63,566 nucleotides of DNA, filler included, from Phoronis australis (GCA_002633005.1; 6 parts of 6 records of this genome joined end to end with filler, not necessarily neighbours in it), one strand, 5' to 3'. Counted from the first letter of the whole stretch, positions 1-12,817 are shown. Made by a program: numbers and translations. Notes: generated by a model from the sequence alone, not told the origin.

Positions 1-117
1 GTATATTCTCCTTCTGTATTCTCTCGTATTAACACTATGTCCACATTCTGGTGTTTACACTTAACATTGGGCAAATTCTTCACGTGTACAACATTGGCAA
101 ACAGGTCTAGTTCTGTC
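1..117 (-). CDS. IDH3G: Isocitrate dehydrogenase [NAD] subunit gamma, coding exon 5 (runs off the window start)
   Basis: Minus strand: ttgcag acceptor then (R)[38 protein letters not shown], matching the IDH3 motif LDL.ANV...RENTEGEY. Phase fits the upstream exon. Confidence 0.92.
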
Positions 118-939
118 CTGCAATTCCAACAGTATCTTGTTTATAGCAACTGCCAGGACCAACAACAATGTGTACATAGATACCACTTTAAATAAGTGCA
201 ATTCATTTGAATTAAAAACATAGATAGCATACTTAATTCAAAGTCTCCACAGATGCTAAAAACATGAGTAGCATTATCAACAAATTTACATATTCAGCTA
301 AATAGGTATAAATATACTGCTCTGAAACGAGCCAAATTTCGACACGTTTCCAAGGTTACCCATAACCTTAAAGCCCCACGCAACACTATCTTTGAAAAGC
401 ATTGGTTTGCGTTTTGGGCTGGAAGCCTTTATTTTAGCTTTTTAATATCGCGAGTTAGCATTCTTGATTACACATAATAAAATCGTGGGCTGAATAAAGA
501 TCATGACTGATTGCCTCAACTGAAAGATTCACCACAACGAACTTGATTTATTCCCGTTCAAACAGTGCAATTTCCACTTGACCTAATTAGCGCTGAGCGT
601 ACCTTTAGGAATGGCAGCTAAAATTTAGCGTCTCTCATATGATTAAAGGTCAAATCTGTGCTTAAAGTCAGTGACAGTTCCCAAGCATACAGTTATTTCA
701 TTTTCCATGAGATTCCCTGGATTTAATTTAATACATTTTTCACAAATTATTCTTTACCACAAAAATTGGACTTTGAAATTTTCCACCAATGAGTTTTCCG
801 TGAACTTTAACCCACTTTTCATTTCCATTATCTTATCCATGCATGGATTATTATTGTCATTTCCAAATCTGCCATAATGCATAAGAACCATGACAGCCTA
901 GGCCATGAAAAAACGTATCCCTCATTGAACTCCACAAAC

Positions 940-1009
940 CTTAGGAGGGCATTGGGGGCTTTATACGAAGCATCAGGCTCTTCATTTGGCAGCTTGGACT
1001 CGATATTAC
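940..1009 (-). CDS. IDH3G: IDH3 gamma coding exon 4
   Basis: AG/GT-bounded 70-nt exon encoding (G)NIESKLPNEEPDASYKAPNALLR. Phases 1/2 fit both neighbours. Confidence 0.9.
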
Positions 1010-1557
1010 CTGCAATTGCAAGCATCCATATACAACTCTTTGGTGATCTGTGAGTATGAAAGCCACTTTTGTTTGACCCACTTTTGTTTGACCTAGTTAT
1101 AGTCGAGTTGACAAAGACAAAGCCCAGTAATTGTTTCTTTCATTCATGGACATTTTTCGATGTCCAACATGTCGTATCAATCTTTTTGAATATTACACAC
1201 CACAACAGGGATAATCTGATAGGCATCAGCATTATGATCGCAAAAATTATAAGAAAGGCTGTGCAATTCACTGCCAGTATAGGTTTTAGGAAATTTTATT
1301 TTGATAATGAATCTTCAAAATTAATTTTCTGCTGAGTTTGGCAACTTTTCACAAATCAAATTCTATCTAAAAGGAGGAATTTGTTATAAACTGCTCGACA
1401 AAGAAAATGTCATCGTAAAATAATTTTCACAAAATCGCAGTGTATAACTTCCGCAAGCATAACAATACCACACTGAAACATACGCCCCATGACAAAGCTC
1501 CAATTAGCTTTTGAATCAAACGCCTGTTTGATTTACATCATCAGCAGTTTACATTAC

Positions 1558-1676
1558 CCTTAAGTGCAACACCATTCCGCTTTATAGACAACAAAGCATT
1601 CATCATCTGATCTGGGTCGCTCAGGTTACTGGCATTTATTGAGATCTCTTCGAAGTCGATGGGTGCACCCGAGAGC
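1558..1676 (-). CDS. IDH3G: IDH3 gamma coding exon 3
   Basis: AG/GT-bounded 119-nt exon encoding (R)LSGAPIDFEEISINASNLSDPDQMMNALLSIKRNGVALK(G). Confidence 0.92.
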
Positions 1677-1742
1677 CTAAAATTGAGATATGGACACTAA
1701 GACACCAATGTATAGGCACAATAATTTTCCCAATTACAATAA

Positions 1743-2886
1743 CACCCCAGCCAACCCCATTCCTCTCCACCACCCCAGCCAATTCCCTTCTTCTCCACCA
1801 CCCCAGCCTATTCCATTCCTCTCCACCACCCCAGCCAATTCCATTTCTCCCCACCAACCAAGCCAATTCTATTCCTCCACACCACCCCAACCAATTCCAT
1901 TCCTCCTCACGCCCCCAGCCAATTCCCTTCCTCTCCACTACCCCAGCCAATTCCATTCTTCTCCACCACCCTAGCCAATTCCNNNNNNNNNNNNNNNNNN
2001 NNNNNNNNNNNNNNNNNNNNNNNNNNNNNNNNNNNNNNNNNNNNNNNNNNNNNNNNNNNNNNNNNNNNNNNNNNNNNNNNNNNNNNNNNNNNNNNNNNNN
2101 NNNNNNNNNNNNNNNNNNNNNNNNNNNNNNNNNNNNNNNNNNNNNNNNNNNNNNNNNNNNNNNNNNNNNNNNNNNNNNNNNNNNNNNNNNNNNNNNNNNN
2201 NNNNNNNNNNNNNNNNNNNNNNNNNNNNNNNNNNNNNNNNNNNNNNNNNNNNNNNNNNNNNNNNNNNNNNNNNNNNNNNNNNNNNNNNNNNNNNNNNNNN
2301 NNNNNNNNNNNNNNNNNNNNNNNNNNNNNNNNNNNNNNNNNNNNNNNNNNNNNNNNNNNNNNNNNNNNNNNNNNNNNNNNNNNNNNNNNNNNNNNNNNNN
2401 NNNNNNNNNNNNNNNNNNNNNNNNNNNNNNNNNNNNNNNNNNNNNNNNNNNNNNNNNNNNNNNNNNNNNNNNNNNNNNNNNNNNNNNNNNNNNNNNNNNN
2501 NNNNNNNNNNNNNNNNNNNNNNNNNNNNNNNNNNNNNNNNNNNNNNNNNNNNNNNNNNNNNNNNNNNNNNNNNNNNNNNNNNNNNNNNNNNNNNNNNNNN
2601 NNNNNNNNNNNNNNNNNNNNNNNNNNNNNNNNNNNNNNNNNNNNNNNNNNNNNNNNNNNNNNNNNNNNNNNNNNNNNNNNNNNNNNNNNNNNNNNNNNNN
2701 NNNNNNNNNNNNNNNNNNNNNNNNNNNNNNNNNNNNNNNNNNNNNNNNNNNNNNNNNNNNNNNNNNNNNNNNNNNNNNNNNNNNNNTTCCCTTCCTCTCC
2801 ACCACCCCAGCCAATTCCATTCTTCTCTACCATCCTAGCAAATTCCATTCCTCCCCACCACCCCAGCCAATTCCATTCCTCCCCAC
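1743..2886. repeat. 28-bp C-rich minisatellite (ccaccaccccagccaattccattcctct)n spanning an assembly gap
   Basis: The unit repeats on both sides of the N run at 1983-2786. It explains the low-complexity W/G- and P/S-rich ORFs here. Confidence 0.95.
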
Positions 2887-3148
2887 TAGAGAGTAACTTC
2901 TCTTGCCAATCTGAGTCCAAGAGAAACACAGTCATTTACTTTTCACTGAAACATGAATTAAACCATTGGCTCTTCAAAATGGTTGAAGTAATCTACAGCT
3001 GATCAACAGTGAAATTGGCATCAAGCAAGCATTCATAAGTCTATGTTGTGGAACCTTTGAATGAAAAAAAAAATATTCATGGCAAATTAAACATATTTTG
3101 CTAACCCCTGATATCCCAATAACATTATTTTAGCAGTATGGTGACTTA

Positions 3149-3530
3149 TGGTAAAAATTCTCCAGTTTGAGAGAGTGAAAAAATATATCATTTTACTCAA
3201 GGTTGGAGGTTGTATCAAATTTTAGAAATAGGCAATAATGGCTATCCCAAATTTAAGAATTACGATGAATGACAACTGATCATTTACCTCACTAGACACT
3301 ACAAAGATTCCTAAAAAGTAGTGCTGACAGCTATTTTTGATGATTTTGCGAACTGTTAGGTATATTTTCAGACTCTTTCGATACAAAACGCAGTGTCAGG
3401 TATATTGAGAAACATGATGAACACCAAAATCATCCACACTCTAATCGTTAAAATCAAGAGAATTTAATTTCAACTTAAACTTCGGTTGCCCAAACTTCTA
3501 AGACTGTCCCAAACTGGAGAATTTTTACCG
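3149..3530. mobile_element. MITE with ~21-bp TIRs and TA target duplication (Tc1/mariner-like)
   Basis: ta|tGGTAAAAATTCTCCAGTTTG ... CAAACTGGAGAATTTTTACCg|ta. Confidence 0.75.
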
Positions 3531-4641
3531 TAGTAATTGGGAGAAATCCTTCTGCCCAGCTGCATTTTTAGAATTTTTAGTTTCAATTCATAATGTATAT
3601 GTCCACAGTCGAATGTTGCTGCAGAAGAAATCAACAAACTTTGTCCCACCATAGATTACAGACAACAGTTTTATAAATGCGACATTTTCTTGTGAAGTAC
3701 CCAAGAGGAGGCGCCACCCTCTAAACGTAGCAAACTCAGCTTCGAGTATTGTGATGGGAAATTCCTCCATCTATTTTACTGTCTAGTACAACGAAAAAAT
3801 AATAATTTTGGCATTGAAACGCTCTTCAAGGTCTTCCAGTAGCTGACTCCACAAATTTTGAGTGGCACTACCGTGCATTCGAGCTTAAAATGAAATGTCC
3901 CGTAGAGTATGTAAACTGTCGTTGAAGTGCGAGATTGATTTTTGAGTAGGTCTGGTGGTTATTTCTGGAGTATTAATATGAGCTTTATTTAAAACTTTAA
4001 CATTTTAGGAGCGTTCAATTTATTTAAACACGGAAGTGAGTAGGGCAAAATCGCCGATCCAAATCCCAACAAAATGAACAAGATTAGCAGACGATGTACT
4101 TGCTGGAAGTAAAGCGTGCTATGTCTGCCAGGTGTCGCTAGTAAATAATGATGCCACGGCTTATGGTTAAGATCACAGATTTCGTCCATTGAAAATATAC
4201 CGAGTTGGCGGACCATGTACTATAGTCTATGGTTCCACAGTGAAAACTTAAAAATCAGAACTGCACAAACACCAAGGACATACATGTTGGAAGCGTGTCG
4301 TGACTGACGTTTTCTTTAGTGCAAATACCCTTGACCGTCCTTTGTGCACATTTACCTGCTTCGTTACACACCTGGTCTTTATTCATTTTCAATAAGCTAT
4401 GGCCAGTTGTTGTTAAGCTAACTTAAAATAAGCAAACACATTGTTAGCTAAGGAAATGCCTTTCTTCCGAACTGGTCACTATTTCTTCAAATAGATCAAG
4501 AGCATTCAAACCTGACACAAAGTCGCCGTGACATTATAAAACTGACTGCGGACAACACAGAATAGTGTGCTAAACAAACCCTTTGTATTGGAGATTGTAA
4601 TGAATGAGACTTCAAACCAGAAAGATCTGGGTTATATCCAA

Positions 4642-5964
4642 CAGGGCTCGACATAACGAGCTGCAGGTCGCATTTGCGACCTGAAATTTGGAAATGCGAG
4701 CTGAGATTTTTGTCAGCTCGTATCAAGTCGCAAAATGCGACCTGGAATTTCCAACGAATGCGAGCTGAGTTTTTACATTTCTCAACAGATACCTGGCAAA
4801 TACAAAGCAGCTACCGTTATTTGGTCGCTGCCAAATCCAAGTTCAAAACAACACTAACGGGGACAGCCCTCCCGATGACTTGTAAGCAAGTCGCGTGAAC
4901 ATGGGATATGCAGTATCGATCTTCGACGCGTATCATTGGCTAACTCTTTCGGCCACTTTTGTAAATTCCCGGATTCGCCGAAGAAAGTTTCGGGCCACTG
5001 CTTAACACGTGATAAAACTTCACAAAACAACGGTGTTTCTACTAATTCTTAAGCGATTAACTTACCAAACTTTGTGGTGGACAAAAATGTTTATGTTTCA
5101 CATAAGATATCCTTATTACATGTACCAAATATCCACGACAATATCCCTGATACCGCACTGCGGCACCGTTAGCGNNNNNNNNNNNNNNNNNNNNNNNNNN
5201 NNNNNNNNNNNNNNNNNNNNNNNNNNNNNNNNNNNNNNNNNNNNNNNNNNNNNNNNNNNNNNNNNNNNNNNNNNNNNNNNNNNNNNNNNNNNNNNNNNNN
5301 NNNNNNNNNNNNNNNNNNNNNNNNNNNNNNNNNNNNNNNNNNNNNNNNNNNNNNNNNNNNNNNNNNNNNNNNNNNNNNNNNNNNNNNNNNNNNNNNNNNN
5401 NNNNNNNNNNNNNNNNNNNNNNNNNNNNNNNNNNNNNNNNNNNNNNNNNNNNNNNNNNNNNNNNNNNNNNNNNNNNNNNNNNNNNNNNNNNNNNNNNNNN
5501 NNNNNNNNNNNNNNNNNNNNNNNNNNNNNNNNNNNNNNNNNNNNNNNNNNNNNNNNNNNNNNNNNNNNNNNNNNNNNNNNNNNNNNNNNNNNNNNNCATT
5601 TTCTCCCTTTTCACATCGCAAGTTTAGCTACTCGAATGCACAAGTCAGTTAGAGAGCACTGATTCAACTTTCACGTCGGCAACTTGCCTTGCGCTCTAGA
5701 GTCTTTCAATGGCGGTCGTGAAGAACAGTAAGGCCGTACCTGCATGAATGAAGTCAATTTTGAGATCCGAAATTTGTGAGTATTTAACGCTGCAAGTAAA
5801 AGCAATTTCTCGATGATCTAAAAAATCTATTTTGGCGCGTAAGAATGGCGGGAAAATTTTGCGACCTGGCATTTACGAATGCGAGCTGGATTTTGAAAAT
5901 GCGACCTGGGATTTTGGCTAGGTCGCAAAATGCGACCTGGCGATTTTAATAACGTCGAGCCCTG
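4642..5964. mobile_element. Non-autonomous hAT-like DNA transposon with 5-bp TSD
   Basis: TIRs CAGGGCTCGAC...GTCGAGCCCTG, TCCAA on both flanks, and subterminal gcgacctg/gcgagctg repeats. A second copy lies inverted at 54178-56007. Confidence 0.85.
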
Positions 5965-5978
5965 TCCAAAGAACATAC

Positions 5979-6082
5979 CTGACCACTTGTCTAACATGGT
6001 TCATCAGCTCTGGACCAACACCATCACCAGGTAACATGGCAACTGTGTGCCGACCTCCATATAAGGCTTGGCACCTAGGAGT
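5979..6082 (-). CDS. IDH3G: IDH3 gamma coding exon 2
   Basis: Encodes [34 protein letters not shown](R); YGGRHTV.M.PGDG.GPELM is characteristic of the gamma subunit. ttacag acceptor, gtatgt donor. Confidence 0.93.
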
Positions 6083-7130
6083 CTGTAAGTTTAGGAAAGG
6101 AAGTGTCAGTGAAAAACACGCTCTGCTTTACATGGACTACAAATAAAAACTCATAACTTGCATTATGACACCATTTCCAGGCAACCAACTCTAGCAAACT
6201 CTGAGAGCCACTTAATTGGTGTGGTAGTCCAGATCAGACTGTAAAACTTCTCATGAAAACAGGGTCTGACTTTAGCACAATCTAAGGGCCAAAATGCCCA
6301 TTTTCACTATCTTTGACGTAGATACGGAAACAAGCAGAGAAATGCTGGCTGCTATTAAAGTTTGCTTTACACACCAAAAACCTTTTAAGATATTGGTTTT
6401 GATTTCAGTTTTAAAAGCAAGCAAGATATACTTGTGAGATTTAAATCGTAGTTCAAACCATGCCACAGTGAACATATATATGGTCAAGTGCATTGAGAGG
6501 TCTTGTAGATAGGACCCGCCCACAGTGGTGGAAGGGGCTTGTAAAATTGAAAGTAATGTGGAGAATCAGCGAGATAATAACAAATTGCCGACATTATAGA
6601 GATGGGTAAGTAGGATCAGAAATGCAAGACTTCCATTGCACTAAAATACAAAGGCTTGTTAGTAACTTGATGACAGGGAATGACTCTTTTGCCGAATGGT
6701 GAACACACCAGTCTAAGTTTTAGACTGTGGAACCATTTTGGCAAAGTAGTGACCCAGGAGGCCAACTTTCAACCACAAGTAAACTGATGGATTACCAATT
6801 AATTAGTGATTGGCTCACTCAAGAGGTCATGGAGGTCGTTGACCTTAATGTGATGAAAAAATACAAGCTATAAACATGATTGTGCAGTGATGCAATAACA
6901 ACAGAAAATTTTACTGAGACTATCTGATGACACACCCTACAATACTAGAGTACCACTAGACTACACAGACACAATCGCGAATCGAGCAGAAGAAAATTCA
7001 GACATTGAAAATGAAATTCAGAGACAGAGTCGTGTTTCAGCAGTCATACAACGGCGATCGCTGGTTTTCTAAGTCACTTCACAGAGTTAGTAACTTTTGG
7101 AGAAGCTGCGCTCTAAATATGCCCACGTAC

Positions 7131-7199
7131 CGCACATGAAAACGACCTCGAGCTTTTTAAAACGCACGAAGAAACTCGAACAATTTTTTTCAGAGACAT
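7131..7199 (-). CDS. IDH3G: IDH3 gamma coding exon 1 (mitochondrial targeting peptide)
   Basis: ATG-start MSLKKIVRVSSCVLKSSRSFSCA is basic, Ser-rich and has no acidic residues. gtacgt donor, phase 0, matching exon 2. Confidence 0.8.
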
Positions 7200-7420
7200 G
7201 CCGGAAATCACTGTGCCTAAGCAATATCAATATGATAAGATTTTCGTTTCTCTCAAAAGATAGCGCTTTATGTGACCTAATTACTGACTAAACAAACCTA
7301 TTCTGAGAGACGTCATTTCTTGACTTGGTACTTCGGTGTTTTTTCATACTTGAAGAGCTAATAATTTGTGAGCATGTGCTGATTGATCATCGAAGGTAAT
7401 CTTGTGACATGACTCCTAAT
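7200..7420. promoter_or_regulatory. Probable IDH3G promoter, possibly bidirectional
   Basis: Immediately upstream of the IDH3G ATG. ETS-like ccggaa at 7201 and CRE-like gacgtca at ~7309. Confidence 0.5.
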
Positions 7421-7467
7421 TTTCCAGTATTCTGGAAGCTATTTTAAAAGCTTCCAAAAGGAAGTCT

Positions 7468-10400
7468 ATGCATTTAAAAAGTGACTCCTTCAACAATGAA
7501 CAATGTTGGATGTCGTGCGTTTGGTATGCGAGGACATCGTGATCACGAAATTTGCTTGTAAATTTAAACAGAGAGTAAATCAGTAACACTTGCAGCTTGA
7601 AACGTCTTTTTCTTCTTCTCTTCCTCTTCTTTGTCATTAATAAGTGACGGTAGTGTTAGGTTATTCAGTAATTGTACATTGCAAAGTTTTCAAAATTTCA
7701 TTTTCAGGCCAATTTCAGGGGCCTATCAGTCACTATCAGTAGGCTTACGTAAAGTTGTTTACAGTAGCAGGCCTACACACGCCTGACCTAAAAAGAGTAT
7801 CATCAAACGTTGTAATTTATGACATTTTTACTAATTGTACGGAGTCGAAGGCTTACACTAATAGTTGGTGTATTATTGGCTCTGTGAACAGTTACCACAT
7901 GAGTGAACCAATGTCCTGTAATTGCTACTTATTTGCTGACGTCATCCTGCTCATTCTTCACCTTTTAAGTCTTGTTAAACAGTTTAAGTCACAGGCGGTT
8001 TAAGTCACTTCATAAATTTCATAGGTTACAACCGTTTTTATTCACCAGTGACTCAAGGCATGCTTCTAAAATATCTCTGATACCCAGAAGTTACCTTAAA
8101 ATTGACTACTGCTGAGTGCTGAGGCATTTGGTCAACTGTTTGAGATTAATTTTATAGGGATAAACTCTCTCTCAAAACAAATTGTACAAAAAGCGGATTT
8201 AAGTATCTTTAAATGAAGAAGCATTGTTGCACCTGTTGCAAGATTTTCATCTTTGGGTCATGTTACTGTAGATGTGAACATATACAGTAGAATAATGTAA
8301 ATGACTACTTTCGGAATTCAAAGTAGATTAAGTAGTCATGTGACCAAGTTAAATAGAAATTGTCTCTGGTACACTTAATCATTTCCGGTATTGCTTGTCT
8401 GTATTGACCTGGATTTTGAATTTCCTTTGATTAACCCCTCCTGGCCGATTCCCTGTTATGTGGAACAAAGTCTCTAAATGCCAGCAATTCCTAGGTATCA
8501 TTTGACCAGTACTCGACTTCAGTGCCCGCATGCAGACCCTCATAATAATTATCCAAATTATAAGTCATTCACAGATCACAATTGTTTGTGTTGTTTTCAG
8601 GGCCTTGCAATTTTGTAATTATCCACTTATGAGATGTGTGATCAAGAGATCTGAAGTATGATTTGGTTTGTAGATCACACAAGTCTAGAAATTTTCTTGA
8701 CATCGTAGGACCAATATCATAATTCGGTTACATCTGAGTTGAGTTGAATTGTGAAAAGACTGGCCAGCCATGTGATTTTCTGAAGCATATTCTAGAAATT
8801 CTTCAGTTTGGGTGGCAATACATTTGGAAATTTCATTGTCAAATTCATCCACGAAGATAACTTTTTAGAAGAATTTACTTTACTTTACTTTTGGTTTGTA
8901 TGGCGTGGCTATTACTAAACAACGTGAAGTTTTGAGCATTTACAAGGATGTGTTAAGCCTCTGAAAAATGCAAATATGGCAACTTTTGCTATTTTGTTCC
9001 CAATTGAGGAATTTTTGTGCATATCTTACGTGTAATATACTTTGGATGTTCTTCCGCTCACCGGAAGCTTGATTTCTATACTGGTTAGGAAACTTTTACA
9101 ACTGCTTTTGTCTTGGTAAAGTGGCTTAATTTTGATTGTTGTGTTTCGAGCGGTTATAAACCTGCGTTTCACCAAGGAAACAAATTTCTGATTCAGAAGA
9201 GTTAATGTGGGCTATAAAATGGTTCCTTCTGTGGATGAGGAGGGATGTTTGGTTTTGCAAAGAACTTGCAGTTTATTATTGCTTTGAGAATATTTAGTGA
9301 CATGCAGTTAGAATTTGTACATTCTCTCCAAGTCTAAAAATCACATTTGTTTTGACAAAGGAGTAATTTGAGACCAATTTCATATCTTGGTTAGTGATAT
9401 TTTTTGTGATGGAAGTTGGACTCACAGTGGCTTCACTGTATAGTTTTATGCTTTCAAATCCCAACAATGTTGAGATTTAACAACTCTATTCATATACCTA
9501 TCCAAACATGACCAAAACAAATGCTGCTACCAGGGTTACTCAAATATTTTTCCTTCAAAAATTATGATTGCCCTCCCCCTTGCGACATGCTTGAAACGTC
9601 AATGGTATGTGGACTGGTGACTATTTGGATTTAGTGACTGAAGTTCGTTGATTGCTTGTATGAGGCAAGATCACCACCTGCGAACGCAACTTATTATTTT
9701 AGTTTGAACTTATTGGTTTTTACCTGACGTGATTTGATTATGACAGTGTGTTTACAGCTGGTTCTTGACTTTCTAGGCTGTTCCTATGTGTTCAGGAAAA
9801 TTGCCAACTGCTGTAGAACACAACCTGACGATCAACATGAAGAGGTCAAGGTCAAAGGTCAATGCATACTAAAGGGCAACAGTAATGCAACTAAAGGAGG
9901 TACTGTTCATGTTTCAATGTGTACCAGTGCCAGTCATGTAATAAAGTGCATATAGGCAGTAATACCCCCATCACACCAGAGGTGCGGTGCCACTGCGGTG
10001 CTTGTACGGCATAAACCACAATGGAACCACCATGATTGTAGTGGTTCCACAGTGGTTCCGCCATTGATCGCCGTAGCACTGTGGAAAACTGTCAAAACCG
10101 CAGACCTTGGCGGTTGGGCCGATCTGCAGTGGGATCACCACGACACTCATGACTGCCATGGCACCGTACAAGGGTCACAGCAACATCTCCATCTCACCGC
10201 CGTGCTTCCGCAGTACAACCGCCGTGCAATTGTAGACTGGCGGCCCTACTCACTACTGGCGGTGTCACTACAGTGATGGCGGGTTTGACCAAAAACCGTA
10301 GTGGCACCGTGCCTCTGGTGTGATGTGGGGTATGACCATCAATGCCTATTTAAAAGTGAAATTTTTCATTTTACACAGGGAGTTTTTGTATTGCACAAGT

Positions 10401-11432
10401 TACAGTGCAGGACAAAATTGATCAGACAAACCACCATTTTCCATGAAGATGGCTAATCATGTGAACAGAAATTACTGGTAATAACCGTTGTCACAGGAAA
10501 ATTGTAATTGCAGAATCTGGCCTAGCCTTCTTTTACTTTCCTGGTAATTTCCTTCATTATTGGTCATTAGGGAAGGCTACACTAATGGTGAATTTGGCTT
10601 CCACCAAGCCACCATGCCCGGAATTCCGAATCATTTCGTCTGAATACTTTTGGCTTGTGCTGTACGAATATGACCCTTATAATTTTATCACCACTGTACA
10701 AATGCAGTAGAGTCTTAGAGATGGGTTGTAACAAACCTTTCCAGACTTCAAAAGTGTTCATTCCATGACCCAAGTTTTTTGTAATCAACAGGACAGCTGT
10801 AGTTGAAACATGTATTGAGTGGAACATTATTAGTGTGCGAATATTGTAACATGGTTTGATCATTACGGTGTTGTCTCTTGGCAACTATTTCCTTAAGTTA
10901 TTCTGAGCTTCCCATTTGTTCATGAACATTCTGTCTCTAGCTGAAAAAACATCATTCAGAAAATTCCAATTATTCATCTCAACAACTCATAAGGCCATCG
11001 ATGACATCTTCATGAAACTTACACTGGCATGTCAAAAATGGCCAATTTGAAGGTTGAAAAAATAATACCTATGAACTTCATTCCAATTGACCAAAGTCTA
11101 ACCATAGAAAGCAAGAAATGTTAGCTTGTTTGATGTTTTGTGATTGTTGCAAAAACTTACAGCACCAGCCTTGTGTGAGATGGGTTGTTCAAGGGAATAC
11201 TGAATATTACCTGAATATTACTCAATGTAACCTTAATGTAAATTTTTAGAATTTTGTTTGGCATGACCTTGACGTAGTGCAGTGTCTCAAGGAAAGTTCT
11301 TTTATCTCCAACTTAATTTCCTTTTTATTTCCAGAGAAGAATGGCTATTCCAACTTCCCTCCTGATTCCCACCTAAACCAACGTGACACGAACAGTTATC
11401 GTCAGAAACAGCAGTATCACAGGTCAGGATGA
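7468..11432 (+). CDS. Candidate orphan small protein (~116 aa), 4 exons: 7468-7523, 8601-8655, 9758-9899, 11335-11432
   Basis: Four canonically spliced, phase-compatible segments give one open frame from ATG to TGA. No recognisable homology. Confidence 0.35.
9965..10330. mobile_element. MITE with ~35-bp TIRs, flanked by TA
   Basis: ta|cccccatcacaccagaggtgcggtgccactgcgg ... ccgtagtggcaccgtgcctctggtgtgatgtgggg|ta. Confidence 0.8.
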
Positions 11433-11669
11433 GGTTAATGCCGGCAGGGTGTTAGTTCACTCTTGCCGGCATTCCACTCACCATGACCCACCTCTACTCA
11501 CTTTGTCAGACTGTAAAAGTGTTGGAATGTAAATAAGTATTTCTGTATTCATTGTTTGAGCTGTTTGCACATTGGCAGGTTACCTTTAATACTGTCAACT
11601 TGAGGAAGTTTGCATGTGTATTCCAACTGCCCCACCCTCCAAAAAGTAATTATGAAACTAAGAAATATG

Positions 11670-11772
11670 TAATGGTCGGATATATTGTGCCCGTATTTTG
11701 AGAACCAGTTTTCTCCACTGAATAAGGGACATCAAACTGGCTCTCAAAATATGAGCATGCTATATCCAACTA
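11670..11772. mobile_element. ~100-bp palindromic mini-element, copy 1
   Basis: Arms tattttgagaaccagttt / aaactggctctcaaaata. Same family as 12818-12924 (opposite orientation) and ~18045-18143. Confidence 0.7.
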
Positions 11773-12817
11773 AATTTTGAGTTTTTTGTTCCGTTACTTT
11801 TCATTGCTTGTACTCTGCCATAATTAGTGCGCATGGTTTTATATGGGGTGTCGCTTCGACTCGAAAATGTTTACAGTTTATGTTCAATTCACGCATGGTA
11901 TGGTTGGACAAAGTGGACCAGGGTGAAACCTAACCTTTTGGATGTATTGCCCATTGGGAAAATTTCAGATGACAGAATTTGTCTTAAAGTCAGAAGCCCT
12001 GATCAGCTAATTCTCGATGTGAGAAATGTCCCAGCGGGCATACATCCAATTATTTTTTCTACGGAAATCTTGTAACAAGTATTTATGAAATATATTATAC
12101 GTGTTGTGGTATTGTCTCAGAAGTATATTTGCTGTCGCAAGTGTACAAGATTTTTTTGGTTTTTGGAGATATGTAAGTTGTTTTGCTGAAAACTTTACAA
12201 TTATACGGGAACATGAAATTAAAGATGAAAATAAATTTAATGTGAACGCATTATGTTGTTTTGTATTGAAAATAAATTTAATGTTGGCTTGAAGAGTTTC
12301 ATTACGAAATGAGGTTACTGAAATTTGAATGGGCTAGCATACTTGGCACGCATTTTGTAAAGTAGTGTTTTGAAGTGTGTCACTGCACTGGGATATATTA
12401 GGTTTTACTGAAAGGTGACTGACAGTGCTGTGATATAATTACATAAAGTGGTTCTAAAAGTTCAAAAATTCATAAATACCTATGAATCTCTTAGTTTTAA
12501 GACTAACAACACGCTGTAAATTTTACAATAGACTGAAAGGTATATATTCAGTTTTCACGAGAGATCTCAACAGGTCACATGGCAGTGCCAAGAAATTATA
12601 CAGATACATGAACCAGCTTAAGAACCTTCTGTAAACCTAAATCAAAAGTTCCTCGACAGAAAAGACATTTTTAACAGCTTGGTATTTCACAGATGACTAA
12701 ACAAACGCTCGCCAAAAATCAATTGTAAGTTAAATGGTAGTTTTGTTCGAATTTGTGAATGAACAACTCATGATCATGTTGACATCCTGTAGTGTCACTT
12801 GCAGGCTATGTTAAAGG

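Noticed and set aside
1636-2935. Long 342-394 aa ORFs and other X-filled ORFs (5009, 25447, 38383, 51541, 62041)
   Set aside because: They are open only because they cross N gaps and low-complexity repeats.
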